A stretch of 64,000 nucleotides of DNA from Octopus sinensis. Lineage: Eukaryota. Both the position numbers and the translations under genes were made by a program. The DNA lies in assembly GCF_006345805.1 (NCBI RefSeq), contig NC_043002.1, positions 61,690,001 through 61,754,000 of the forward strand, read 5' to 3'. The stretch's first letter is position 1, and every line of letters starts with the position of its first letter. Shown piece after piece: positions 24,476-36,496 of the stretch. The notes under the pieces were generated by a model. That model saw nothing but the letters and a program-made list of their open reading frames with translations, searched no databases and was not told the origin of the DNA.

Positions 24476-25705
24476 CCAGCGCCTTTATCTGGTATATATT
24501 TACTTGGTCTTTTTGCTAAACCGTTAAATTACGGCGACGTAAAGAAACCAAAACCAGTTATGAAGCTTTGGTGGTGGTGGTGGTTATAGCAGGGACATAC
24601 ACATACACAAAGAGACTCATACACACAAAGGCTCAGATACACACACATACACATATACAACGGGATTCCATACAGTTTTCGTCAGTTAAATTCAATGGCT
24701 GCACACTGAGATGTCAGCGGGTTGATTAAAAAAGATTCGCTTCAGATTCTGCGGAGTGAGAATGAATCCGAAACCACATGGCCCTTAAACGAGATTCTTA
24801 ACCCCAGCCGTGCTTGCGTCCACACCCACCAATACATTTTCGCTTTAATTATAGCGAGGATTCCACTGACATTTGTTTATAATCATATACTTATTATAAT
24901 TGCTCTACTCTATCTACTTTCTTACTAAGTTACATTGAAAGTGGATTTTTATGAATACGCACATTTTCATCTATGCCTGCTTTATATTTTGACTTACACA
25001 CAATCATGTGTACGTCTGGGTAACGAAACCGGGATGAGTATAAGTTTGAATATGAATATACCTCAGCTGGTGTGTGAGCGGTTATGCACGTGCAAGATTA
25101 TGTAATCCCACTATTTGTGTATATAGTCAGCTATATAATATATATCTTGTGTATAGACGCGCATTAAAATCTCAATGTGCGTGAGCATTATATATAGATG
25201 AATAAATTACGCGCGCGTGTATGGGCATGAGCGAAAATCAAGCAGTGTCTTTATGTGCACGTGCATGATTGCGCGTAAAGGAGTATGAGCGGTTAGTCTC
25301 TAAACAGATATAAAGCTATATATAATTCTGAATGCATGTACGTATATCTACATATAATTTTGATACGCGTGAGCATACGAGTTTATGAATAAATTCTGAG
25401 CGCATAGGCGAGTGTAAATGTGTGCATATCCAGAGTGCACCGATATTTATAGAGATGTGTGTGCATTTCTATGTGTAAAATCAAGTCTACGAGCATTGGT
25501 ATACGCGTATGCGTGCACGAATATTAATACTTATATAGTTCTCGTATATGCGAGAAGGTAAAATTCGCACATATTTACATATATTCACAAAAACCTACTT
25601 ATACGAAGAAATATAAATACATAAACATACCTACACACATATGCATATGAGTGTGTATGTGCGTGAGTGTCTATGATCTTGTACACACACACACACACAT
25701 ACATA

Positions 25706-25769
<64 letters not shown>

Positions 25770-26785
25770 ATATATATATTGTATGCATATATGTGTGTGT
25801 ATAGTTTTATATTTGTATGGCTGTATGTATGTATGTATATGTTTATGCATACATATGTATATAGATAATAGATAGTGACAGAAAGATGCGGACACACGTG
25901 AGAAAAGAACGTATGTTGCACGAACATTTCTATGGAACCATTTTCTGCAATATTTAGTGTCACATTCTGGCCTTTCTTCTTCCTGTTTTTGTAAAATCTA
26001 TCTTTCAATTCACTCGTATAATCACCACATCAAACGAAGCGTTCGCCTGAGTAAAGAATATTCAACTAAATTTATTTTTTCGTGACAATCTCCTCCATAG
26101 TTTGCATATTTTGATATTTTCCGTATTTTTGTAGATCTTATGCATTGTAAAGCAGCAAAGGATGATAAACCTACAGATACAACCCACACACCTATCATGT
26201 TAATGCCGGCACAAATACATAGGAAGATAAAAATCACTACATCTTCTATCAAAGGAAAGCATGCCTCTGACATGTTCCAGCTCATTTTCTGAAAATATTT
26301 TTCAGGAATTTAATTCTTTCGGGATTTTCGTTCACTTGTCCTAAGAAAGCATTTTCGCATGAAACTTTCCTGTGAAAATATTTACATTCTTGGTTATACT
26401 AACTTTAAATTGCACCATATTTCTTAACGCCGAAATACTGAATCTTGTAGAATATATAGTGGCAATTTAACCTTCCAAATATTCTAATATAACTGCATGT
26501 ATCGTATTTTGTACTTTGTTGTTTTTTTAAATTTAAGAATATGTTAACGATAAATCATATATTTCGCTAAATATGCCAAGCTGCAGCATATTGTAAAAGT
26601 GTTATCATGGTCCTGCTAACATCATGCCTTTGTCATTTTTATAGCATTGCAACTACGTGAAGGTAGTTCGCGTATAGAGACTTAAACACCACTAAGCCTT
26701 TCTGAATTTCTCGCACGGTATCTTTCCTCTGTCTCAGAACATCAAACAAACACACGAATCAACTGTTGTCAGATACATACATACA

Positions 26786-26821
<36 letters not shown>

Positions 26822-27169
26822 GAGAGAGACTGAAAATACACAGCGAGATTTTTAGACAGTTTATTTATTAAAGCCATAACCGGTTTTACAGGCAAGATTT
26901 TGATTTTAAAATTTATCTGCAAATAACTGGATATACTTCAACAATGCACAAAATATTTCAATACGATTTTTTTCTTTTATACAATTCCTGTTATGTAATT
27001 ATAAAACTATAATAGGATTTTTTTAATCATCGAACCAATATATCAACCAAAAGGGGCCCATATTTATAAAAAATGGTTGTGAAACGTTCACATAGACAAA
27101 AGCGTTTTTTAAATCGTAAGTAGAACCACAGTAAGGCTATGGAATAAACCTTTCTATTAAATGCACAAA

Positions 27170-27365
27170 TCCTGAAACACTGGGAGAGATAACTTGTCGA
27201 TTACATTGACACCAGTGGTCAACTGGGAATTACTTTATCGCTCTCGATAGGATAAAAGGCAAAGTCAACCTCGGCGGAATTTGAACTCAGAACATAACGG
27301 CTGACGAAATACTGCTTAGATTTTCGTCCAGCGTGCTAAGGATTCTGCCAGCTCGATGCCTTAAG
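27170..27365 (-). mobile_element. SINE family B
   Basis: Family B head and centre. Confidence 0.8.
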
Positions 27366-27399
27366 AATTTGGATTATTATTCTTTTATTTTTATATTTG

Positions 27400-27540
27400 C
27401 AGGAGCACCGCATTTAGTCGAAGAAATCAACCCCAGGTCTAATTTTTTGTAAGCCTAGTATTTATTCTATCGGTCTCTCTTGCATTGGTAGTCAAGCCAT
27501 ATTCGAGGGACAAACACAGACACACAAAAATATACATACA

Positions 27541-27583
<43 letters not shown>

Positions 27584-27940
27584 GACGGGTTTCTTTCAGT
27601 TTCTGCCTACCAAATCAACTCACAAGGCTTTGGTCGGCCCGAGGCAAATGTAGAAGACACTCGCCTAAGGTGTCACGCCATGGGACTGAACCCTGAATCA
27701 TAATGGTTTGTAAGCAAGCTACTCACCACACAGCCACTACTGCTTCTATAACAAGGTTTTTCAGTTCTATTGCTTCATTGGTTTCTTTTATTTGTTTCAG
27801 TCTCCGGCCATGCTGGACCACAGCCTTTAGTACTTATTCTATCGGTCCGCTCTGCCGCGCCGCTAAGTTACGGGGACATATACCCACCAACATCGGTTGA
27901 CAAATGGTAGTGGGTTGACAAACATAAGCATAAACACACA
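27400..27940 (-). mobile_element. SINE family A pieces (two partial copies)
   Basis: Tail and head 27400-27750; second tail 27770-27940. Confidence 0.75.
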
Positions 27941-28058
27941 CACACATATATACATATATATATATATTACAAAAACATACACACATATATGCATATATGT
28001 ATGTATGCATGTATGTATGTATGTATGTATGTATGTACATATATATATATATATATAA

Positions 28059-28112
<54 letters not shown>

Positions 28113-28129
28113 GTGAGTGTATGTATGTA

Positions 28130-28293
28130 TCGATTGCTTATTTTCTCTCCTTGTTTCTTGCAGTGTTCCTTCCTTTGGAAAAGCGAAGGTTCGAAACGTT
28201 AAACACGTTTTCAATTCCCGAGCGTTAACCTAATACACCTGTTTGTTATCTACACCACCTGTCTCCGTCTTTTTTTGTTTTTGAATTCTCAAC

Positions 28294-28295
<2 letters not shown>
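28130..28295 (+). mobile_element. Degenerate HHR1/pLTR fragment ending in (TA)n
   Basis: CTTTGGA A AAGC GAAG GTTC GAAAC GT T AAACAC, then family flank ...GAATTCTCAAC(AT)n. Confidence 0.6.
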
Positions 28296-28350
<55 letters not shown>

Positions 28351-28389
28351 TGTGTGTGTAAGTGTGTGTGCGTGTGTGTGTGTATGTAT

Positions 28390-28555
28390 ACACAACGGGC
28401 TCCTTTTAGTTTCCATCTATCAAATATACTCACAAGTCTTTGTTCGGCCCGAGGCTATAGTAGAAACCACTTGTCCAAGGTACCTACCATACAGTGGGAC
28501 TGAACCCGGAAGCATGTGTTTGGTAAGTAAGCTATTTACCACAGAGCTACTCCTG
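28390..28555 (-). mobile_element. SINE family A head
   Basis: Matches the family A head. Confidence 0.75.
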
Positions 28556-28829
28556 GTTGTGCATTGACTTTCTATATTCATTTACGTTTCAATATTTTCA
28601 GTTCAACCATCCTGGGGCACCGTCTGTAAAGGTTTCGTCGTATAGAATGAACACACGTATATAGATACACATTCACACGCACGTACATACATAGGCACGC
28701 ACCCACACAAACTTTCCTGTAGTTTAAGTCTATAGAATTCATTCATTTATTCACAGTGGGTGACATTACTGTAAAAACCAAGATTTTCAAAGGTTTTTTT
28801 AAATTTACCGAACAGACTTGCTGCTACTT

Positions 28830-28890
<61 letters not shown>

Positions 28891-29220
28891 GTAGATATAT
28901 AAATATATATACAATTATACGCATATACATTTAGGCCAATACCAATCAGGGGTATATATACGCATACACATATACATACAGATACATATATATATCTTAT
29001 ATATACACATACATATAGATATATATATATATTTATATATACATATACATATATATATATACATATACATATATATATTTATATATACATATACATATAT
29101 ATATATATATATATATAATATATTCAAAAACGTCATATATATATACATATAAATATATACATGTATAAGTAGTGTATATATATACATGCATATCAATATA
29201 TATATACATATATTTATATG

Positions 29221-29790
29221 TATAACACGCCCAGACCCCTCATACGCACTTATACTCTCTCATACACACACACACACTTATACATACTAATACGTACTAA
29301 TACATACTAATACATACTAATACATACACCAACCCCATACATACGCACGTCCAGACCAATCCTACGCACTAATACTCTCTCATACCCACACACACACCAC
29401 ACACCCTTATACATACTAATACATACTAATACATACACAACCCTATACATACACACGTCCAGACCCCTCCTACGCAAATAGCTGGTCCTTCAACCCTATT
29501 ATCAACCCTATTATCTCCCCTTATTTCGCTCTCACGTCTCATGTTTGATCTTTGACCTCTGGCCGAAATCAGATCGCCATGTTGATTCGTTAGTTACTGC
29601 ACGCATTTTTTTTCTCTCCTTCTTTCTGTGTTTTTTTTCTCTCTGTGTATCTTTCTGTTGAAGAGCGTAGGCTCGAAACGTTAAAGACTTGTTTTATTTA
29701 TATTTCCTGAGCGCCATACTAATACAATTGTTCGTTTGTTTTCCACCTGCCTTCGTCTTTTGTCTATTTTCATAAAGCTTCCCGTTATAT
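29221..29790 (+). mobile_element. Longest HHR1-bearing Penelope-type pLTR-like element
   Basis: Short internal tandem repeats (CATACTAATA), pyrimidine tract, hammerhead at 29650-29687, 3' junction into TA-rich sequence. Confidence 0.65.
29650..29687 (+). ncRNA. Minimal type I hammerhead ribozyme motif (A6U variant), best HHR1 copy
   Basis: TCTTT CTGTTGA A GAGC-GTAG-GCTC GAAA C GT T AAAGA: 5-bp stem I, 4-bp stem II, loop-less palindromic stem III (AACGTT). Confidence 0.7.
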
Positions 29791-29809
29791 ATTGATATAC
29801 ATGTATATA

Positions 29810-29872
<63 letters not shown>

Positions 29873-29955
29873 ATATATATATGTATATATAGGGTATCAA
29901 AGTATTTTTGTCATATGTATATATAGGTTGTGAGGGTATTGTATATATATATATA

Positions 29956-31178
29956 CTAGCATTATGACCTGTCGTTGCCGGGTCATAGTGCTAATGCATG
30001 TATATATGTGTATATATATACATGTGTACAGCTATATATATACATCTATACATAAAATACAAAATACAAAGTTATATCTTGTTACTGCTAGTGATAACAC
30101 TACCCAAAATATATAACAGACTGGAATTGTAGGCCCGTCTCTTGCAATTTCGATCAATTGTATCTTGTCCTCCCTCTTGTATAGAAGTGTGGCTACAATC
30201 CGGCCTACCTCTGGTTCTGTGGGGGACATTTTACATTTTTATCCGGGACGTCCCAGATATAATGGTAAAAGTAAAATATTTCCACTTTGCAATGTTCGAG
30301 TCTAGTACTCCCTTGCACGCTCCGTTGACTCGAACCTTGCTTCTATTGTGGCGAATTTACCGCCTCTGATTAGATATCTTTCATAGTCGCACCAAGACAC
30401 TTTTCGATGGTGCTCTCGTTCAGGTGTCCAAACCATTCTTTTCTCTACATTGTATACTTTATAGACAATAGTTTTTTCTTTAATTTAATGGACTGTATCA
30501 TTTCTGCGCATTAATTTTATTTTTAATCTATTCCCATTCATGTGAAACCACTTACTCAAGTTAAAGTCATTGATGCAATTTTATACCAATTGCTATTTTT
30601 ACTTTTGTTATGTTACGATTATATTATACTTTAGTTTGATTTTAATTATTACTTACTAGATATAATTCAATTGTTATTATTATTATTTTCATTGTTAAAG
30701 TGAAAGTTTCTGACATAAAATAGAGAAATGTTTTTGTTTCACTTTTAACACGTAATACTGAAATAGTGGAGAAGATATGATATTGCTATGGGCTCGCTCT
30801 AGGTAAGAAGTTGAACATTTTTTGCCTATGAAACTACATGGACCCTAAGTAACGCATGATTTTTTTGATTTTTGATTTTTCCAGTTTCAATTATGAGCTG
30901 TGGTCATGCTGGGGCACCGCCATTTGTAAAATTTGAATGAAATTGGTTGTGTAGTTCTCACGTTTTAGGGAATCGTAGTGGAGAAGATATGATATTGCTG
31001 CGGGCTTGCCCTAGGCAAAAAGTTAAGAATTTTTTGCCGATGACACTCCCCGGACCCTAAGTAGGGGATGTGTAAAATTTTGAATGAAATTGGTTGTGTA
31101 GTTCTCAAGTTTTAGGGAAACAGATATACAGACAGACAGACAGACAGACCCACATTCTCAGTTTTATATATATAAAGA
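29956..31178 (-). mobile_element. Complete non-autonomous Helitron (1223 bp)
   Basis: 5' TC at 31178 followed by TTTATATATATAAAACTGAG..(CTGT)n; 3' hairpin TATGACC..GGTCATA then CTAG at 29956-29959; inserted between A and T; subterminal tandem repeats of about 200 bp at 30760-31110. Confidence 0.8.
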
Positions 31179-31254
31179 TATATATATATATATATATATG
31201 TATGTAAACTTAGATAAATTTAGATATGTTTCGAACAAAAATTGGTCCAGGTCA

Positions 31255-31415
31255 TGTCTAAATTAATAGCACCACCTGATATGGTTATCTAAAACCTGTT
31301 TAAGTCAAGTTTTGTTTGTGGTCCATTCAAGTAGTGAGTTTTTTTTGGGGTGAGTTGTATCCAGTTATGGGTGTCTTATCTGGTATTCCTTGAAGGAATC
31401 TATCCATACTCTTTA
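31255..31415 (-). mobile_element. CR1/L2-group LINE extreme 3' fragment
   Basis: MDRFLQGIPDKTPITGY resembles LDLFLSGVPD at the end of the 18.6-kb LINE. Confidence 0.45.
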
Positions 31416-31687
31416 TAAATATATACATATACATACATACATACATACATACATATAATATATAATATATATATATTATATATAATATATATATATATAT
31501 TATATATATAATATATATATATATATATATGTATATATTCATTATATAATATATTGGATATATATAATGAAAACATACAAACATACATGTGGGTGAGTGT
31601 GTGTGTGCTTGTTGTGTATGTTCACGTGAGTCTTGATGCCTGTATATGCGTTTTTGTATATATGGAACGGATATATATATATGTATG

Positions 31688-31719
<32 letters not shown>

Positions 31720-31922
31720 ATTGAGGTAATCAGATCAGATGGTTCATATTTGTAGATATTTATTTATATATTACATTTTTTACATATATATCATATCATT
31801 CGGATTAGCGCTTGCTCCCATTCTAGTGGGTTTTCAAATCAAATCAGTTGTGGGTAGTTTGAACCTTTTTATAGTTTCGTAGTAGTGGGTTGAGGAGGAA
31901 GTGAGGCAGAGAGAAAATATGT

Positions 31923-31956
<34 letters not shown>

Positions 31957-32774
31957 TGCGTGCGTGTGTGGTGTGTGTGCGCATTTATATCTGAGAGTGA
32001 AGAAGTGTTATTTCCGTTGGTCTGCTGGACCCCCTGTGGTTTTATAAAACTTTGCCTGTCCATTTCAATGTCACTGAGTGTGTGTTGTGCATAGGTTGGC
32101 CTGGCAAATGTCATTTGGGGTCACACTTTCTATGATCATTCTGTGGAGTGTGTGTGTGTGTGTGTCTCTGGTTCTGTGTGTGTTTTTGTGTGTGTGTGTT
32201 GTGTGTTGTGTGTTTATGTGTGTGTGTGTGTCTGTGTGTTTGGAGAAGGGGAGAGAGACAAAAAGAGAAAAGGGAAAATAAAAATAATAATAATAAAAAT
32301 AAAAATTAAAAAAATTAAAAAAATTAAATAAAATAAAAATAAAAACAAAAAAAATAAAAATAAAAATAAAAAAATATAAAGAATAAATAAAAAATATAAA
32401 GAATAAAAAATAAAAAATAAAAATAAAAATAAAAATAAAAATAAAAATAAGGAGGAAGTGGAGAAGAAAAAATATTTTTTGTGTGTTGATATTTATACCA
32501 ACACATATATATACACACACACAGACTTATACATAAAATATTTGAAAAAACCTTTTTATCGGTTCAAAATGAACAACCAAATTATACCATCTTGAAAGTT
32601 GTATGTCATAGGAAAGTTAAAACTAAAGTGACAATTAAAGGGTAAAGATGGAAGTGAATTATAAAGATAATAATAATATGATGTATATAACAGGCAATAC
32701 ACACATCTACACACACACAGATTTTTCCTTCAATGTATGTTGAGTAAAGTTTCAGCCATTTAATGTGGGGGAGA

Positions 32775-34667
32775 ACTTAGCTATGAAATGTTTTTCCATA
32801 TTCCTCTGAAGGGGGTGTCATTCTTCGGACACTTGTAGAAGGGAAATATCTTAAATTTTCCTTCTCCACATGTAGCTAGGTGTGTGCTTAGTGGTATTTT
32901 GCGTAGTTCTTCCTGCCGATATGTTGTCGGGGGATCCTGGCTCGCTGGCACAAAGAATTACCAGTTTCTCCTACGTAATTCTCCTTGCATGTGGGGCAGG
33001 TTATGCGTATATGACGTTCTGCGTCTTGCAGTTCATATCTGCATTTACTTTGAATATGACACCATTTTTAAATCTTATCTCTCTGTTGCTCTCTATGTAT
33101 TTGTAGGTGGGGTTGCTGCAGGTCCCACATCTACCATCTCCGCACTCTTTTGCAAAGAATTCCGTTTTAGTTTCTGAAGAGAATTTCGCTCTTGTTAGGT
33201 GTTTTTTTAGGTTTTTGTCCTGTCGTCTACGTTTTTTATGCTATATTTTTTAATATTGTTTTTCATTTTGGGGCTCTGTAAGGCTATTGGTAGGTTTGAA
33301 TGTATGGTTTGGAAGATGTTGGTAACTCCAGGGTTGTGTGTGTTTATAAAAGGGATAGTGTTTTCTTTGTTTTTTGTTTTGGGTGTCCTGAGTTTGTGAT
33401 GTCTAGTTTTAATGCTCTTGATTCCATTTTCTATTGTTTAAGGGGTTATTTTTGCTCTAGGAGGAAGCTTTTGAGTTCATCTAGTCTTATTAATCGTATT
33501 TGTGAATCAGTTACTATGCTACATATTCGTCGTGCCATACTATATGGGATGTTTCTTTTTGTGTGGGATGGGTGGCAGGAGTGGAAATTTAAGTATTGAT
33601 GTGTGTCAGTTTTTTTGTAGTGGATGTCTGTTGTGACGATGGAGTTGTGTATTTTGATGTTGATGTCTAGGAAGGGAAGTTCGTTGTGGCTGGTATCTAT
33701 TGTGAAATTGATAGATGGGTGCAGCGTATTGAGGATGTTGTGGAATGTTTGTAGGTCCTCTTCCGATCTGTTTCAAAAGATGAACAGTCATCGAGGTAGC
33801 GTTTCCACTTTTTCTTGATGTCTTCTCTGAAGTCGTGTTCGAAGACTTCCCTATTTCGTCATATAGTTTTTTCTCCAGGAAGCCCATCACTAGGTTGGCA
33901 TATGAAGGTGCGAATTTTGTACCCATAGCCGTGCCTTTTATCTGTCGGTATGTCTTGTTGTTGAATGAGAATTGTTTTCTTCTAGTATTAGTTGGGTGGC
34001 TTGGGTGATAAAGTTTGTCTTGAAGCGTTCATCTATAAGTTCTCTGTATTTTTCTATTGATTGTTTTATAGCTTCTAGACCTAGGGTGTGTGGTATGTTT
34101 GTGTATAGATTTGTGACATCAAAGCTTGCAAGTATGGTGTTTTTCGGGACTGTATTTGGAATGTGTGTGAGGAAGTCTATGTCATCCCTTATGTAGCTTG
34201 GAATCTGTGGGCATAGAGGTTTGAGGAGTATATCTATGAAGTGGCTTAGTTGTTGTGTTGGTGCCTGGGGTCCTGCCACTATTGGTCTCATCGTGAGGTC
34301 TGCAGGTCTTTGTACTCTTATGTAGTGGTTCCTCTGTTCCTTTATGGCTCTCTGTATTCCGAGCTTTTATGAATTTTAGGTAATCCATAAAAGTTGCTTT
34401 CTTTGGTTTGTGAGTTGCATAGATAATCTTCCTCCTTATCTGTAAAGGAGTCCTGATATTCATTGACTAAAGTTCTAATTTTTCTTATTGTTGTTTTCTC
34501 CGGTGGTGTTGGTTCCTCTTTGTAATATGTCTGGTTGTTCAGTAACTCTAGTATCTTTTCTTTGTAGTAATCTGTGTCCATAATTACTATTGCTCCACTT
34601 TGTCAGCTTCTTTTATAACGATTGATTTGTCATTTTTCAGTTTTTGTAGGGCTTGCTTTTCTTCTCT
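32775..34667 (-). mobile_element. Penelope-like element, 5'-truncated (RT + GIY-YIG endonuclease pseudogene)
   Basis: [46 protein letters not shown] (YLDD at about 33788-33799), then NVIY-ITCPTCKENYVGETG; frameshifted. The 3' UTR may extend to about 31712. Confidence 0.9.
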
Positions 34668-34715
34668 ATATATATATATATTATATTATATATATGTAGA
34701 TATATTGTATACATA

Positions 34716-34799
<84 letters not shown>

Positions 34800-34869
34800 A
34801 GGTGTATCCTGTTTACGTATTGTGAAGAAGTATAAGTCTGTGTTGTATATATATGCTTTTCAGTTTTAC

Positions 34870-34898
34870 TTATTTATTCATTTATTTTTGTTTTACAG
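34870..34898 (+). promoter_or_regulatory. Splice acceptor upstream of GPCR-1
   Basis: TTTATTTTTGTTTTACAG ends at 34898, 22 nt before the ATG; conserved in the paralog. Confidence 0.6.
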
Positions 34899-34920
34899 CT
34901 ATCACTTCTTTCTGGAGACA

Positions 34921-35796
34921 ATGGATGTAGACCACGTAATCAAGTCAATAATACTTTCACTCGTCGTAAGCTTCGGTTCCGTGTTTAATATCTACTGCTT
35001 TGTGTCAATTTTGAGAAGCAAAATTAGGCGATCAAAAATATGGCTGTACGTTGTAACTATGAACGTTTCTGACACCATCGCTATGTTCGGTTACGGTATC
35101 ATAATCATATGTCATTTGAATGAGCTCTCTCTACTGAATGATATAAAAACCTTATGTAGATTAGTGTTTCTACTAACGGCATTTTCCGGATTTGTTTCAA
35201 CTTGGGTTTCAGCAACTATCGGTATTGAACGGACATTATGCATTTTCTTTCCCATCATACACCGCGTAAATTGTAGTTCATCTTTCACAATGACTGTGTT
35301 ATTAATCACAATTATTGTATCCCTGCCATACACAGTGGTGGCCACTATTTACATCCGTGCTGATAACGTCTGTTTTTATAAATACAAACATTTGTTCTAT
35401 ATAGATGTTACTCTGCAGGCTATACTACCCTCTGTGATAATGGGCTTTTGTAACATTGCCATTATCTACAAACTTTTTCATCGGCCTACTTCTATAGGAA
35501 CCAATCCGTCATCAAGGCATGCTGTCAAATCGCTTAAGCTCATTTTGGTCAACAATTTCATATTCATTGTTACGAATGTGATGGCGTTACTGTTTTCAAT
35601 TATATCAGATGAATATGACTTGCTTCAATCCGAATACTTTGTATATTACTTACTCGGAACTGTATTAAACCATTTCACTAACGTGTTTTTCTATCACAAC
35701 ATGGCCTTCCAGGTTAGGGCTATGTTTAAATTCGATAAGCGGCTCAAGAATTTATGGACACCCAGTGCCGACGCTCTGGCTCTATCAGCATATTGA
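34921..35796 (+). CDS. Class A-like 7TM GPCR (FMRFamide-receptor-like / molluscan chemosensory-like), 291 aa, intronless CDS
   Basis: Seven hydrophobic segments; TM1 GSVFN, TM2 NVSD, TM3 C..STW..IGIERTLCIFFP, ECL2 Cys, TM5 LP..CN, TM7 NHFTNVFFY; intact frame; AATAAA at 35861. Confidence 0.9.
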   Translation: MDVDHVIKSIILSLVVSFGSVFNIYCFVSILRSKIRRSKIWLYVVTMNVSDTIAMFGYGIIIICHLNELSLLNDIKTLCRLVFLLTAFSGFVSTWVSATIGIERTLCIFFPIIHRVNCSSSFTMTVLLITIIVSLPYTVVATIYIRADNVCFYKYKHLFYIDVTLQAILPSVIMGFCNIAIIYKLFHRPTSIGTNPSSRHAVKSLKLILVNNFIFIVTNVMALLFSIISDEYDLLQSEYFVYYLLGTVLNHFTNVFFYHNMAFQVRAMFKFDKRLKNLWTPSADALALSAY

Positions 35797-36281
35797 ATAT
35801 CTTACTGGAATCACAATGAGTACACATGAGGAAATATACCGTTTTCAGGAATTATAATTGAATAAAAAAATTGTAATTACACAATTACATACTTAAAACT
35901 TCGTTATTTGGTCAGTTATTGTTGATTAATTGGTGTTGCTCTCCATTCTGTAAAGTAATGAGTTGCAAATCTACACACATTGTGGTCTAAGCTTTTTATA
36001 GAATCGGTACCTCTTAACTATTAAATCACATATTTAAGTTAACATCTTCTATTTACATATTAGATACTAAGAGACACAATAAGATGCATATTATCCTGAT
36101 GCAGTGTCATTCTTGCTCGATGGTACGATGCATGGTATATGATAAAATGAAGCTTTTCCAGCCACATAATTCTTTCCAGAAATGTTTTTGAAGAAAGATG
36201 CAACTCCCAAATTATCGGAATAATCTTAATTACATCTATATACCTTAGCGCTACTCATTCTGTGTTAACAAAGAACAAGGT

Positions 36282-36338
<57 letters not shown>

Positions 36339-36455
36339 TGGCCTACCCGCTTAACCAACGGGATGGCGTCATTTTATGGCTAAAACAACGCGAAGCGCAT
36401 TGTGACACGTGATGTGTAGCGAAATCTCATAGCCTGGTCGGTCACGGTAATCACG

Positions 36456-36496
<41 letters not shown>

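Noticed and set aside
29280-29440. (CATACTAATA)n repeats as telomere-like sequence
   Set aside because: Not TTAGGG-type; part of the pLTR-like element.
31801-31850. Possible hammerhead in the PLE 3' region (CTGATTTGA...CCCA/TGGG)
   Set aside because: The core has insertions and lacks GAAA; too degenerate to call.
34822-34920. ORF-track N-terminal extensions of the GPCRs (starts 34822 and 38657)
   Set aside because: The 34822 start is a non-ATG GTG, the 38657 ATG lies in TG-repeat sequence, and both extensions run through a polypyrimidine tract and acceptor. The conserved ATGs are 34921 and 38876.
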